A stretch of 64,000 nt of DNA from Deltaproteobacteria bacterium TL4 (GTDB lineage: Bacteria; SAR324; NAC60-12). How positions within the stretch are numbered: the first letter of the stretch is position 1; each line of letters begins with the position of its first letter. Below the pieces are notes generated by a model that had not been told where the DNA came from, made no database searches, and was given only the letters and a program-made list of their open reading frames with translations. Positions 48,280 through 57,900 of this stretch are shown here, piece after piece. The position numbers and the translations under genes were made by a program. The DNA lies in NCBI GenBank assembly GCA_051382335.1, contig JBBCAX010000168.1, forward strand, positions 1-64,000. Direction: 5' to 3'.

Positions 48280-49335
48280 CTAAAATTTAAAATAGCTTTG
48301 GGAGGTTGGATGAAAGTGATAGTACTGTTGAAATTCTTTGTTCTGTTTGGCGTCTAAATGTTGAAATAGAACATGGGGGTTTATGGCTTTTCGTTGTTCA
48401 TAGATCACTTGAAGCAGCAGCGCCACCCAATCAGACGAAATATCCGCTCGTCCAATCAAAACAGGGTATTGCACCGGTAGTTGAAGCGGTTCCGACATGC
48501 CAAAGTAGGTGTTGGCCGGTAAGGTGTAGATCCGGATCCAAGGGACTTCTTTGGTCAGCATATTTTGAATTTTTGTGGATAGATCTAAAAGTCGGAATTC
48601 TGAATCCGATCGCAGGAGAAGATCCAACTCACGCAAAACATAAGGTCCTGTTACCATTAAAACATCTTCAATGAAGGGATCTCGAGGATTGCTGGCAGCA
48701 GGTTCTTGCTCTATGTTTATGGCTGAGGCGATTGGGGAATTCTGGGAGGGTTGTCCCGAGTCCTTTGCTAATAAAGGCCTCTGCCTTGAGATCCTATCCG
48801 TCTTGAGCAATGAATCCACGTTTAGAAAATCTGGCCTGTCAAACCAAGTGATTGAGGGGGTAATTTTTGCTTGTTTCGCAAGCTTCAGCCAACTCTGAAC
48901 AAAGTAGAAGGAATTGGTATGGAGGCGCAACGTTTGGTGTATCGCGGGTTCCAGATGTTTGATTTCAGCATGACGACCTAATACATAGAGCAGGTTTGGC
49001 CAAAGCAAGGTAAGGACTCGTAATTGCGGATAGTCCGGCAATAAAGTATAAGCCTGTTGCGCGTTAAGAATGGCCAGGTTGGCCTGACGGGCAAGTAACT
49101 TTTCTAACCGAAATCGCGGATTGGGTTCAGTCGCTACATGAAGCTGACCTTCTGTTTGAAGACTCGGTGCCTGCCACAGTCGAGCCAGTTCAATCGCAAA
49201 CTCATGGGAACCTTCCCCCGGGTTTCCAGAAAGAATCGTTAGGGTTTGTGCTGCTTCAACGGTACAGGTCATGTAACTGGCTATCAGTATCCAGCTCAAT
49301 GAGAGATAACCGATTTTAATTATAAATTGCTTCAT
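48280..49335 (-). CDS. Divergent TAXI-type periplasmic solute-binding protein
   Basis: Signal peptide, LTILSG..G.G, L.P, LPANTY.G, C-terminal FHP...YF; weak family resemblance only. Confidence 0.55.
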   Translation of the reverse strand: MKQFIIKIGYLSLSWILIASYMTCTVEAAQTLTILSGNPGEGSHEFAIELARLWQAPSLQTEGQLHVATEPNPRFRLEKLLARQANLAILNAQQAYTLLPDYPQLRVLTLLWPNLLYVLGRHAEIKHLEPAIHQTLRLHTNSFYFVQSWLKLAKQAKITPSITWFDRPDFLNVDSLLKTDRISRQRPLLAKDSGQPSQNSPIASAINIEQEPAASNPRDPFIEDVLMVTGPYVLRELDLLLRSDSEFRLLDLSTKIQNMLTKEVPWIRIYTLPANTYFGMSEPLQLPVQYPVLIGRADISSDWVALLLQVIYEQRKAINPHVLFQHLDAKQNKEFQQYYHFHPTSQSYFKF

Positions 49336-49496
49336 AAAAACTGTCTCTAAAGGGAACCAAGGGTTTGATGATACCGAACCTTTCAGGAATCCAAAACAAT
49401 ATCAAGACGGTTTTTCTATTGTTGACATTTCCTTAGTGTTATTTCTGTTCTACTTTTCAGAAAAGTTTTTCCCAAAGAAGTGTTTGTAACTATCTC

Positions 49497-49536
49497 TTGA
49501 CAATAATCAACTCAATTGCTACCTGACATAATCAGG
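49497..49536. promoter_or_regulatory. FNR-like box plus a second palindrome upstream of the Fe-S protein
   Basis: TTGAC-AATA-ATCAA (49497-49510), one mismatch from TTGAT-N4-ATCAA; CCTGA-N5-TCAGG (49522-49536). Confidence 0.45.
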
Positions 49537-49572
49537 CATGTGCTTTAATTATTTAACTCAAGGAGGTACTTT

Positions 49573-50889
49573 ATGGGACATATAGTAGGTAAAGATGTCT
49601 ATCGAAAGCTCGGTCATAAGATTGATGGTCTGAGTATAAAAGTTCCCTGGAATGAAACCTTTCATGCGATTTTAAAAGAGCTTTACACCACTGAAGAAGC
49701 GGATCTGATCGTAAAAATGCCTTATCGCATGTCAACATTCGAGCAAGTTAAGAAAATCACTCAATATGAAGACTCCAAGTTGAAAAAACTACTAAATGGA
49801 CTCTCTTTCAAAGGCTTGGTGATGGATCTATGTTTAGATGGAGAATATTATTATCAGCCATCTCCCTATATTCCAGGTATCTTTGAGTTTACCATGATGA
49901 GAACGGGAGGCAACCTGAACTACAAAGAATGGGCTAAACTGTTTTACGCCTACATGCATGGTGAAAATTCAGTTTTCGCGGCTAATTGTTCTGAAGAGGA
50001 TAAAGTCTCTATTCATAGGACGCTGCCTCATGAAGGGACTATTGCTGACCAAGATTTTACTGAAGTATTGGACTATGAAAAGGTTACTTCAATTATTGAA
50101 AATAATAACAAATTCGCTATTTCCCTCTGTTCTTGTCGTCATACACAGTTGCATCTGGACCAAAAACATTGCGATGTTCCCTTAGAAAATTGTGGTTCCC
50201 TTGGACTTGGAGCGGATTTATTAATTCGAAACAATTTAGCCCGGGAAGTTTCTAAATCTGAAATGCTGGAAAACGCCGCTCGTTCTAAGGAATTAAATCT
50301 GGTTTTTACTTGTGATAATGTTAAGAAAAATGTGATGAGTCTTTGTTCCTGTTGCGGATGTTGCTGTGGCTTGCTCAAAGGGATCAAGGAACTGGGTTAT
50401 CCAAATACCGTGATGACTTCCAGCTTTATTGCGGCGATTGACCAAGAGACCTGTAACGGCTGTGGGAAATGCGCCAAATACTGTCATATCAATGCCATTG
50501 AAATGATTAGAATTGATGATCCAACCGCTAAGATCAAAAAGAAACCCCAATTGGATGAGGCGCTTTGTATTGGCTGTGGTGTCTGTGCGCTTAAATGTAC
50601 AAAAACAGAATCCGTTAAACTGGTCAAACGAAAGCAACGGGTTCTCCATCCGGAAACAGTATTTGATCGAATTATTCTACAGAGTATTGAAAAAGGCACA
50701 CTACAAAATCAAATATTTTATGATCCACAAAGTATGACTCAAGAAGTTCTACGAAATATCCTTGGAGCATTTTTAAGATTACCTAGCGTTAAAAAAGCCT
50801 TAATGAGTGATCTGCTACGTTCTACTTTTCTTGGTGTCCTCAAAACTGGAACACGTTTGCAGGGTGATGAAAAGCTCGTCAATATTTAA
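49573..50889 (+). CDS. Cys-rich 4Fe-4S dicluster domain protein
   Basis: SD AAGGAGG; CSCRH...C...C, CSCCGCCC, CNGCGKC...C, CIGCGVC...C. Confidence 0.88.
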   Translation: MGHIVGKDVYRKLGHKIDGLSIKVPWNETFHAILKELYTTEEADLIVKMPYRMSTFEQVKKITQYEDSKLKKLLNGLSFKGLVMDLCLDGEYYYQPSPYIPGIFEFTMMRTGGNLNYKEWAKLFYAYMHGENSVFAANCSEEDKVSIHRTLPHEGTIADQDFTEVLDYEKVTSIIENNNKFAISLCSCRHTQLHLDQKHCDVPLENCGSLGLGADLLIRNNLAREVSKSEMLENAARSKELNLVFTCDNVKKNVMSLCSCCGCCCGLLKGIKELGYPNTVMTSSFIAAIDQETCNGCGKCAKYCHINAIEMIRIDDPTAKIKKKPQLDEALCIGCGVCALKCTKTESVKLVKRKQRVLHPETVFDRIILQSIEKGTLQNQIFYDPQSMTQEVLRNILGAFLRLPSVKKALMSDLLRSTFLGVLKTGTRLQGDEKLVNI

Positions 50890-50957
50890 TCGCTGTTGTA
50901 CATTTCCTTCCTAAGGAACGCAAAAAAAAATAACGCTCACTGGCTTCTGATTTGGGC

Positions 50958-51009
50958 TGAGCACAAGCGTCCCGCCTGCTTTTACGGGCAGGATACCAGC
51001 ATTCCCAGG
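50958..51009. repeat. REP-like element family C, degenerate copy
   Basis: Reverse-orientation homolog of 38387-38445. Confidence 0.75.
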
Positions 51010-51010
51010 T

Positions 51011-51145
51011 GGTTGTTCGAGAATATTGAAATGAAGTGTAGGGTGCTGCTGAGCTTGCGAAGCGCACCGAAAATAAGGGGCTTTGGCGACTTTCTGGTGC
51101 ACTCGCTTCGCTTCAACGCACCCTACACCCCATTCTCGGACAGCC
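51011..51145. repeat. GTAG-type REP doublet (family B) inside 14-bp terminal inverted repeats
   Basis: GTGTAGGGTGC...GCACCCTACAC (51036-51128), flanked by GGTTGTTCGAGAAT and ATTCTCGGACAGCC (12/14 complementary). Confidence 0.8.
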
Positions 51146-51370
51146 TTCCAGGAAAGACTTAGCTAAAAGTCATAACCCTCCACTCAAGTTGCGCTTAGAA
51201 AGGATACCCGATAAAGACGGTGGTTTCCGTTGCTTCTGCGCTTTGACCGACATCAATCATGGCAACCAGGGTAAGATCAACCATCTTAAAGCATTATGGA
51301 TTGGTTTTTAAGCTAAAAATTTAACTCCAAATTCGCCTATTGAGCATATTCTTGTAGGATAACTCTGGCG

Positions 51371-51895
51371 TCATTGCATTAACAGTAATAATTCAAACCA
51401 CAATAAAACCGTTCCAGAGCAGTAATACTGGCAGGAGCTCACAGCACCGATGTTTTGCCACCCTATTCTAAGCCATGAGGTGAATAATAAAGCAAGGCTC
51501 CAAATCAAGGCAATCAGGACTTGAAGCCAATGAAGAACGCATAGCAGAAATGGTATTTCTGCAAACATTAAAGACCCTGAGTTTGTTTGATTAAAAAAGG
51601 TGACGCCTTTATAGTATTCCACATTCAGAAAAACCAGGGTGAGTAGAATGGAAAGAACGATCCATAATCTAAAACGTGGTTTATTTTTGCTGCTTAATGC
51701 TCGTTGAGCAAGGCCTATCAAGAGCGTTGCCAAAAACAAGGAACCTCCACTCAGCAGAATAGCGACGAGCGGGAATTGAGTGAAAGGATTGAATTGGAGC
51801 GAAGAAAGTTGAGGTTGAATCAACTTAGATACAATAATCAGCATCCAACCTTCTAAAAGAATAAAAATTCCAATTGCTATTTTTCGATGTTCCAT
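51371..51895 (-). CDS. Divergent heme-copper oxidase subunit III-like membrane protein
   Basis: About five TM helices, FL..EY, and LHWLQV (canonical G.H..HV); 15 bp downstream of the subunit I-like gene. Confidence 0.7.
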   Translation of the reverse strand: MEHRKIAIGIFILLEGWMLIIVSKLIQPQLSSLQFNPFTQFPLVAILLSGGSLFLATLLIGLAQRALSSKNKPRFRLWIVLSILLTLVFLNVEYYKGVTFFNQTNSGSLMFAEIPFLLCVLHWLQVLIALIWSLALLFTSWLRIGWQNIGAVSSCQYYCSGTVLLWFELLLLMQ

Positions 51896-51910
51896 ACGGT
51901 TGTTCTGTTT

Positions 51911-53650
51911 CTATGTTGGTTGAAAAGCATTTCCAAAGCATCCGATGAGGATGATGACAACTCCCATTACAACCATCCAGGTTTGAAGCGCCAGCCCTCC
52001 AATGAGTCCCAGACAACCAAGACTTAACAGCAAGGGCCAAGGCGAGAGAGGCGTGAGATAAACCTTTCCCGACGCCTTAGGCGGAGTATAAGGGGTATTT
52101 TCTCCTTCAGGGGTGTGTTTCAAGTTCCAGAACGCATTCCGTGCATTGACTTGTGGCACTACCGCGAAGTTATAAGCAGGAGGAGGCGAAGGAATACTCC
52201 ACTCCAGCGTATGTCCATCCCAAGGATCCATTTCCTTCTGAGCGACCCCTCGCATTCCACGCATCAAATTGAGTACCCCCGCAAGATTTGCGGCGACGCT
52301 GACAAGAATCCCCGTTCTCACCAAACCTTGTACTGAAGGGGGAACCCACCCCGCAGGATAAATGTAGCCTTCAGAAAGAGAAACCTCGGAAATGGAAAGG
52401 AGGCTCAAACTCATCAAGTAAAAACCTAAAGAATAAAAAACAAAATGAAGCATGGCCATCTTCTGATCGTACATTTTTCCAAATATTTTGGGAAACCAAA
52501 AGTACACTCCGGCAAATAACGCATTAAGCGTCGTGCCGAAAATCAAAAAATGAAAATGGCTTGTCATATAATAGTGGGACGGGCTTTGCACACTGCCTAA
52601 AGAAATAAACTTTGCCGCACCACTAATTCCACATAAAACAGGAGTAACAAGAGCCATTATGGCAAAAAATAAGGCAATATTAAACGTAAACGTATAGCGC
52701 GTAAAGTGCAGTATTGCCGCTATCGCCTGAAGACTTAACAGAAAAAACGTGCCTAACATGAATAGAGCGCTTGCCGGATTCAGCGTATCGGATTGTGTAA
52801 ACAAAGCCATCAGCCAGGCCAACAGGGCCATGCCCGGAATGAGGGCACTGATCCCTAATTGAAACAGATACCCTTTCAACAAACGCTTGGAACATACAGG
52901 GATGATGGTAAGCGCGATACTTAGAGCAGGGACAACAAGGACGAGTATTTCGGGATGTAGCTTCCAGGATAAGGGCTCAGACCAGGCGAAATCTGCCGTT
53001 TGAATGAGAGCGTATAACTTCATGGTCCAAAGTTGATCCATTAAGCGCAACAACGCACCTAAGCCGATCAGCGGCCAAACTAAAAGCCACGTTGAACAGG
53101 TAAAAATAACAGCCCAGACAAACAGCGGGATTCGACCCAGACTCATCCCTGGAGCACGTAAATTCCAGATAGTCACCAGGAGATTCAAACTCGTACAAAC
53201 GATGGAGAGTGACAGCATCAAAGTGCCTGAGGGAGAACCACTCAGTAATTGAAGGTTATATTCTCCAAACAGAATAATGAGGCTTCCCCATAAAAAGCAC
53301 CACCACCCGAAAGTCTGCAAGCGCGGAAGCGCCATGGTTCCCGCACCGATCATCAAAGGAACCAGATAATTAAACAGACCAATCAACAGAGGGTAGAGGA
53401 CCAGTAATAGGGACATTCCATCGTAAAACGCAAAAAAAGCGGGTTGGGTCTGGGTATACTGAAAATCAGTAATAAAGCGTTGCAGCAGAACGCTTCCGAC
53501 ACCACCAATGACGAGTAAAACTAAAGCATAAACGATATACAGCAGACCAATACGTTTATGATCAACCGTCAACATCCAACTTAAAGGCCCCCGAGGTTGA
53601 AAATAATGTTTGACCGAGATCTCTGGCATAAACTCCTTTCTGTCTGACAA
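51911..53650 (-). CDS. Heme-copper oxidase subunit I-like protein lacking most active-site ligands
   Basis: TVDHKRIG.LY, NYLVPLMIGA..MA.PRL, RAPGM....PLFVW, HPEI, HFH, YFWFPK.FG, DPWDG.TLEW..PSPPP.YNF. Confidence 0.88.
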   Translation of the reverse strand: MSDRKEFMPEISVKHYFQPRGPLSWMLTVDHKRIGLLYIVYALVLLVIGGVGSVLLQRFITDFQYTQTQPAFFAFYDGMSLLLVLYPLLIGLFNYLVPLMIGAGTMALPRLQTFGWWCFLWGSLIILFGEYNLQLLSGSPSGTLMLSLSIVCTSLNLLVTIWNLRAPGMSLGRIPLFVWAVIFTCSTWLLVWPLIGLGALLRLMDQLWTMKLYALIQTADFAWSEPLSWKLHPEILVLVVPALSIALTIIPVCSKRLLKGYLFQLGISALIPGMALLAWLMALFTQSDTLNPASALFMLGTFFLLSLQAIAAILHFTRYTFTFNIALFFAIMALVTPVLCGISGAAKFISLGSVQSPSHYYMTSHFHFLIFGTTLNALFAGVYFWFPKIFGKMYDQKMAMLHFVFYSLGFYLMSLSLLSISEVSLSEGYIYPAGWVPPSVQGLVRTGILVSVAANLAGVLNLMRGMRGVAQKEMDPWDGHTLEWSIPSPPPAYNFAVVPQVNARNAFWNLKHTPEGENTPYTPPKASGKVYLTPLSPWPLLLSLGCLGLIGGLALQTWMVVMGVVIILIGCFGNAFQPT

Positions 53651-53746
53651 TGATAAAATCTTAAGCCAGTATTAAATTGAACGCACCCTAGCAAAGACAG
53701 TGGAATTTTGCAATGTTTCTTTCTTACGAACGAAGATCCCGCATCC

Positions 53747-54238
53747 CTATTGATTTGTATACTGCTCTAATTCATCTTCGAGCACCACAAGTTCAATGTT
53801 TGCCTGGTTGAACATCTCACGAGTTTCCTGGGCCGCATGATATCGTTTTTGCGCGACTACTTTGGTAATCCCCACACTGATGATCAACATAGCACACGTT
53901 CGGCAGGGTTCCATTTTACAGTACAAGGTTGCCCCCTCCAGAGGAACGCCATACCGAGCCGCCTGGCAAATGGCGTTTTGCTCCGCATGAATGGTTCTGA
54001 GACAATGACTCCGTGTGGTTCCATCCTCATCAATGACTTGTTTCATTAAATGTCCAATTTCATCACAATGAGGCAATCCAGGGGGCGAGCCGACATAACC
54101 GGTACAGATGATACGTTTATTTTTTACAATGATGCACCCGCTCCGTCCCCGGTCACAGGTTGCCCGCTTGGAAACTTCCTGCATTAATCCGTTAAAATAC
54201 TCATCCCATTCTGGTCTCATAGGTTGATGCTCTGTCAT
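53747..54238 (-). CDS. dCMP deaminase (ComEB-like) zinc deaminase
   Basis: RP.WDEYF, RATC.R, TGY.G.P.G..HC, HAEQNAI, PC..C. Confidence 0.9.
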   Translation of the reverse strand: MTEHQPMRPEWDEYFNGLMQEVSKRATCDRGRSGCIIVKNKRIICTGYVGSPPGLPHCDEIGHLMKQVIDEDGTTRSHCLRTIHAEQNAICQAARYGVPLEGATLYCKMEPCRTCAMLIISVGITKVVAQKRYHAAQETREMFNQANIELVVLEDELEQYTNQ

Positions 54239-54250
54239 AAGGGTTAAGGT

Positions 54251-54378
54251 ATAGATTTCATTTAAATAAATTCAGGGGAGTCTAACCATTTCAGGGTGGA
54301 GTGCTTTGGCCAGATCCGAGGAAAGGCTTTCGCTTTTCTGGCCAAAGCACGCTTTGACACTCCTGAAAAAGTGTTGTA
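54251..54378. repeat. Repeat family A, diverged copy in reverse orientation
   Basis: Hairpin 54298-54363 with a 10-bp deletion in one arm. Flanks TTCATTTAAATAAATTCA..GAGTCTAACC and CACTCCTGAAA.AG.GTTGT match the 19.2-kb copy. Confidence 0.85.
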
Positions 54379-54400
54379 TTCCTTCTCCTATAGTAAAAAT

Positions 54401-54961
54401 TCACAATAACGACTTAATGGCCCTGGCCAGATCCTCAAGAGAGGATTCATTGTTAATGGTATAATCCGCCATGGCGATAGGGCCGCCTTTTTCAATATTT
54501 TCGATTTCCGCAAAATCACGGCGTTTTGCTTCTTCAGGACTGAGTTTTCGCATTTTATGATCCTTATCGTTTTCAGCGTGCTCTCGTGCTTGAAGTCTTT
54601 GGTAACGCGTCGTGGGAGAAGTGTAAATCGCAAGCACTTGCAGTGTATCGCTAAACCGCTCCTTGAGGATTTTATATTCAGCCCAGGAATAAAGCCCATC
54701 AATTACGACATTGCTGCCCCTCAGCGCTTTTTCAACAAGGGGCAGGGATAATTGAGCAAAAGCACCCATGCCATATTGCTGGCGTAACGTTTCGCGCATG
54801 GCTTTCTCGTTTTCAGGTGTGATCGGTTTTCCTTCTGCCTTGAGCTTATCAATGGTAATCTGACCAAAACGAATGTATTGCCATCGATGTTCCAGGATAA
54901 AGTCACATGCGGTGGACTTTCCCGCACCGCACATGCCTACAATCGCAAGGATCTTATTCAT
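54401..54961 (-). CDS. P-loop nucleotide kinase-like protein (UPF0200/CoaE-like)
   Basis: VGMCGAGKS Walker A, E...RE.LR..YG, VVIDG, RY.RL..R, RD..EI, GGPIAMADY.I.N. Confidence 0.8.
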   Translation of the reverse strand: MNKILAIVGMCGAGKSTACDFILEHRWQYIRFGQITIDKLKAEGKPITPENEKAMRETLRQQYGMGAFAQLSLPLVEKALRGSNVVIDGLYSWAEYKILKERFSDTLQVLAIYTSPTTRYQRLQAREHAENDKDHKMRKLSPEEAKRRDFAEIENIEKGGPIAMADYTINNESSLEDLARAIKSLL

Positions 54962-54999
54962 ACGGCTCCTAGTTTAAATTGGGTTTTCAGTCACACGTC

Positions 55000-57900
55000 T
55001 TAGCTTCTTTGAAATTCCGCTCGTTCGATCAACTCAATCTGCATATCCCGATTGAGTGTGACAAAGTAAGCGTTATAGCCTGAAATCCGAACCAGTAAAT
55101 CTTTATAGTTTTCAGGGTGCAACATTGCGTCTCGAAGGACTGCGGAACTGACAACATTCAACTGAATTTGCATCCCTCCTAATTCCACATAAGACGTTAC
55201 ATAAGCCTTCATATTATCCACCGTTTGTTCATGAGTGTCTTCTGCGGAAGGCACAAATTTGATATTAAAGGCAATGTTGTTGTTCATGTGATGTGGATTG
55301 AGTTCCGCGACATCCCGGATGTTGTCCAGCAGATTTTTTGAAGCATGAGATGAAGGCGTCAAACCTGGAGTGAAGGCTTTCCCCGCAAGCCTTCCGGAAG
55401 GAAGTGTGCCTGTCAGACTGCCAAAGGCGACGTGATTGGACATCGACCAGAATCCAGTCGTATAGGGACCTCCACGAAAATTCGTTTTCTGAGCAAAATA
55501 ATCATGCACAAATTGAGTTAAGCGATTGGCCATTGCTTTAGCTTCTTCGTCTCCAGAACCGAATTTAGGGACTTTTTTGAGGATGATCGCGTGAAGTTTG
55601 GAATGCTCTTCGAAATTATTAAGAAGGGCGGATTTCAATTCAGAGAAACTCACAGTTTTTTGATCAAAAACGAGTTTTTTGATCGTCATTAACGAATCCA
55701 CAATGTCAACCAAGCCAATGCACGCCACTCCGGACGTATTGTAACGCGCACCCCCTTTTGTGATATCCTTGCCCTTTTCGATGCTTCCCTCAATCATTGA
55801 CGAAAGTAAAGGCGTTGGACGAAGAACACTATGGGCTTTTCCAAGGATATTGTTATATTCAACCGACTGATCAATCAGAAACGTCAGTTGTTGGGTGTAG
55901 GCGCTGAAAAATGCATCAAAGGTTTGAAACGCGCCTTGCTCAATCTCTCCTGTTTCAGGGCCGACTTTCCAATGCATCAAAGGATGATATCCGTTATACA
56001 AAGCCATTTCCAGTGCGGCGACAAGGTTCAACATCATACAGTTGGTGTGTCCCATGTGTTTCCCCGAAATAGTGGGTTCGACACATCCGGTAGCCGCCCA
56101 GTCATTCCGATCCTGTTCCTGGTAATTGAGTTGTTTAATGGCTTCCAGCACAATTTCATCATTGTGAATTGAAGGTGTCGCTGTCGTGATCAGATTGACT
56201 TCACAAAGTCGCTTGAGATACGAATCGCTGTTTTTCAGATGGTGATAACGCGCGTTCACGTTGGGATCACGAATCTTCAACATTTCGGTTACTTTGAGAA
56301 AAATGTAAGTCATATCGTTCACGGCGTTTTCGCCACTGGGCGTAACGCCTCCCAGGGTAATCGCCTGATCGGAGGAACTTCCTCCAAACAAGTAGTTTCC
56401 GATATCAGGTGTTAATGGTAAATGATCCGTACAGCGCATGTAAAAACAGCCCACAATCTCAAGAACATGGTGCAGATACGCTGCCTTTGCTTTTGGGGTT
56501 TTGAGCTTTGTCATATCCGCCTCAAAATAAGGCTGAAGCCATTGATCCATTCTCCCTAAGGATAACCCCGCATTTGTATTTTCCATGTGCAGGCATACCC
56601 ATCCAATCCAAATAGTATTCAGGGCTTCGTCAAGGGTGTTACAACCGTTTTCTGGAGCGGACGCGCAAATTTCGGCAAGGTGTTCGAGTTCCGATTTTCG
56701 CTTGGGGTCTTGCGTCATTTTTGCTTCTGTTTGAGCTTGAAATGATAAGTTTTTACTATAGCTAATCAAGCCTTCCAGACAAATTTGCATGGCTTCCAGC
56801 GTAGTTCTTTGCTCCGTACTTAAGTTTTGATCTTCTTGAAGTTTTTGATCAATTTCATGAATGATTCCTCGTGCGCCAATTTTCAACAATTTAGGAAAAT
56901 CAGCAATGGTATGAGAGATCGCGACCGTTTTCCACAAAAAATAAACTGCGAAACGGTCATCTAATTTTTGGCACAGAGGCTCATTATAGTGTTCTCGGAC
57001 CCACTCCTTAAAACAGCGTTTGAACCAATAAGGAAAGACCTCCTTGTGAAGTATTCTGAGATCTTTCTCAGCAACGGAATAAGGGTTTAGTGTCCGCTCA
57101 GAGAGCGTTTTCAATTCTCCCCAGATCAAGCTTCCATGGGCATCAGGATAAAGGACCACACCAATCGCTTGGGTTGTCGTTGTCCCTGCAATCAGATCGT
57201 CTTTGCGAATCATGGGTTTTTTATTTTCCATCAGATATTTGAAAGCTAACGCTTGTCGAAGTTCAGGAACCCAAGCTTGTTTTGATGAATTTTGTTCGAA
57301 GCCATTATGCTGAAACCAGCGTGTGAGCAGCAGCGGTCTTTCCACACAGAGTTGCGGCATGATATTAAAATGAATATCCAAAAAATTTTGTAACCGAGGG
57401 AATTGTTCCAAGGCAAACTGAGAAAGAAAAGGATCCTCAAGATGCCGCACCTGATCGGTTTGGGTGGAGGTCAATTCCGCGTGAGGACGCTTCAACACGG
57501 GAGCCGGGAGGGAGGTTCCGTTTTGAGCAATTTCCTTCGCTTTTTCCCTGTCCAACAGACGTTGCGCACGCATCCTTTTTTGATGTTGAGGAGCCAAAAG
57601 GAGGGATAAATAGAAATTGAAAAGCGACATATAGTTCATGTTTCCCTCAATCCGCATTTTTCCATTCATCAGCATCAACAACATTTCATTAGGGCTTACC
57701 GTTAAGGCTTCCTTTGCGCTCTCATCATCACTGTAGATCAAGGTTGCGTTGGCACTAGAGGGAATCTTTGACAGAACCCGCACTTTCCCATCATTGAACT
57801 GGATACACTGCTCAATGCTTCCGGATTCGGTCCGTATTCCAATAGACGCGTTAATCCAGTCTTCATTGCCGCGTAAATATTTTTTCAATGAGGGCCGAGT

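Noticed and set aside
50879..51162. Short ORFs 50879-51067, 50896-51162 and 50911-51102
   Set aside because: They coincide with the REP/MITE cluster and have no protein-like features.
51911..53650. Functional cytochrome c oxidase or nitric oxide reductase
   Set aside because: Both need six conserved His ligands; only three are visible.
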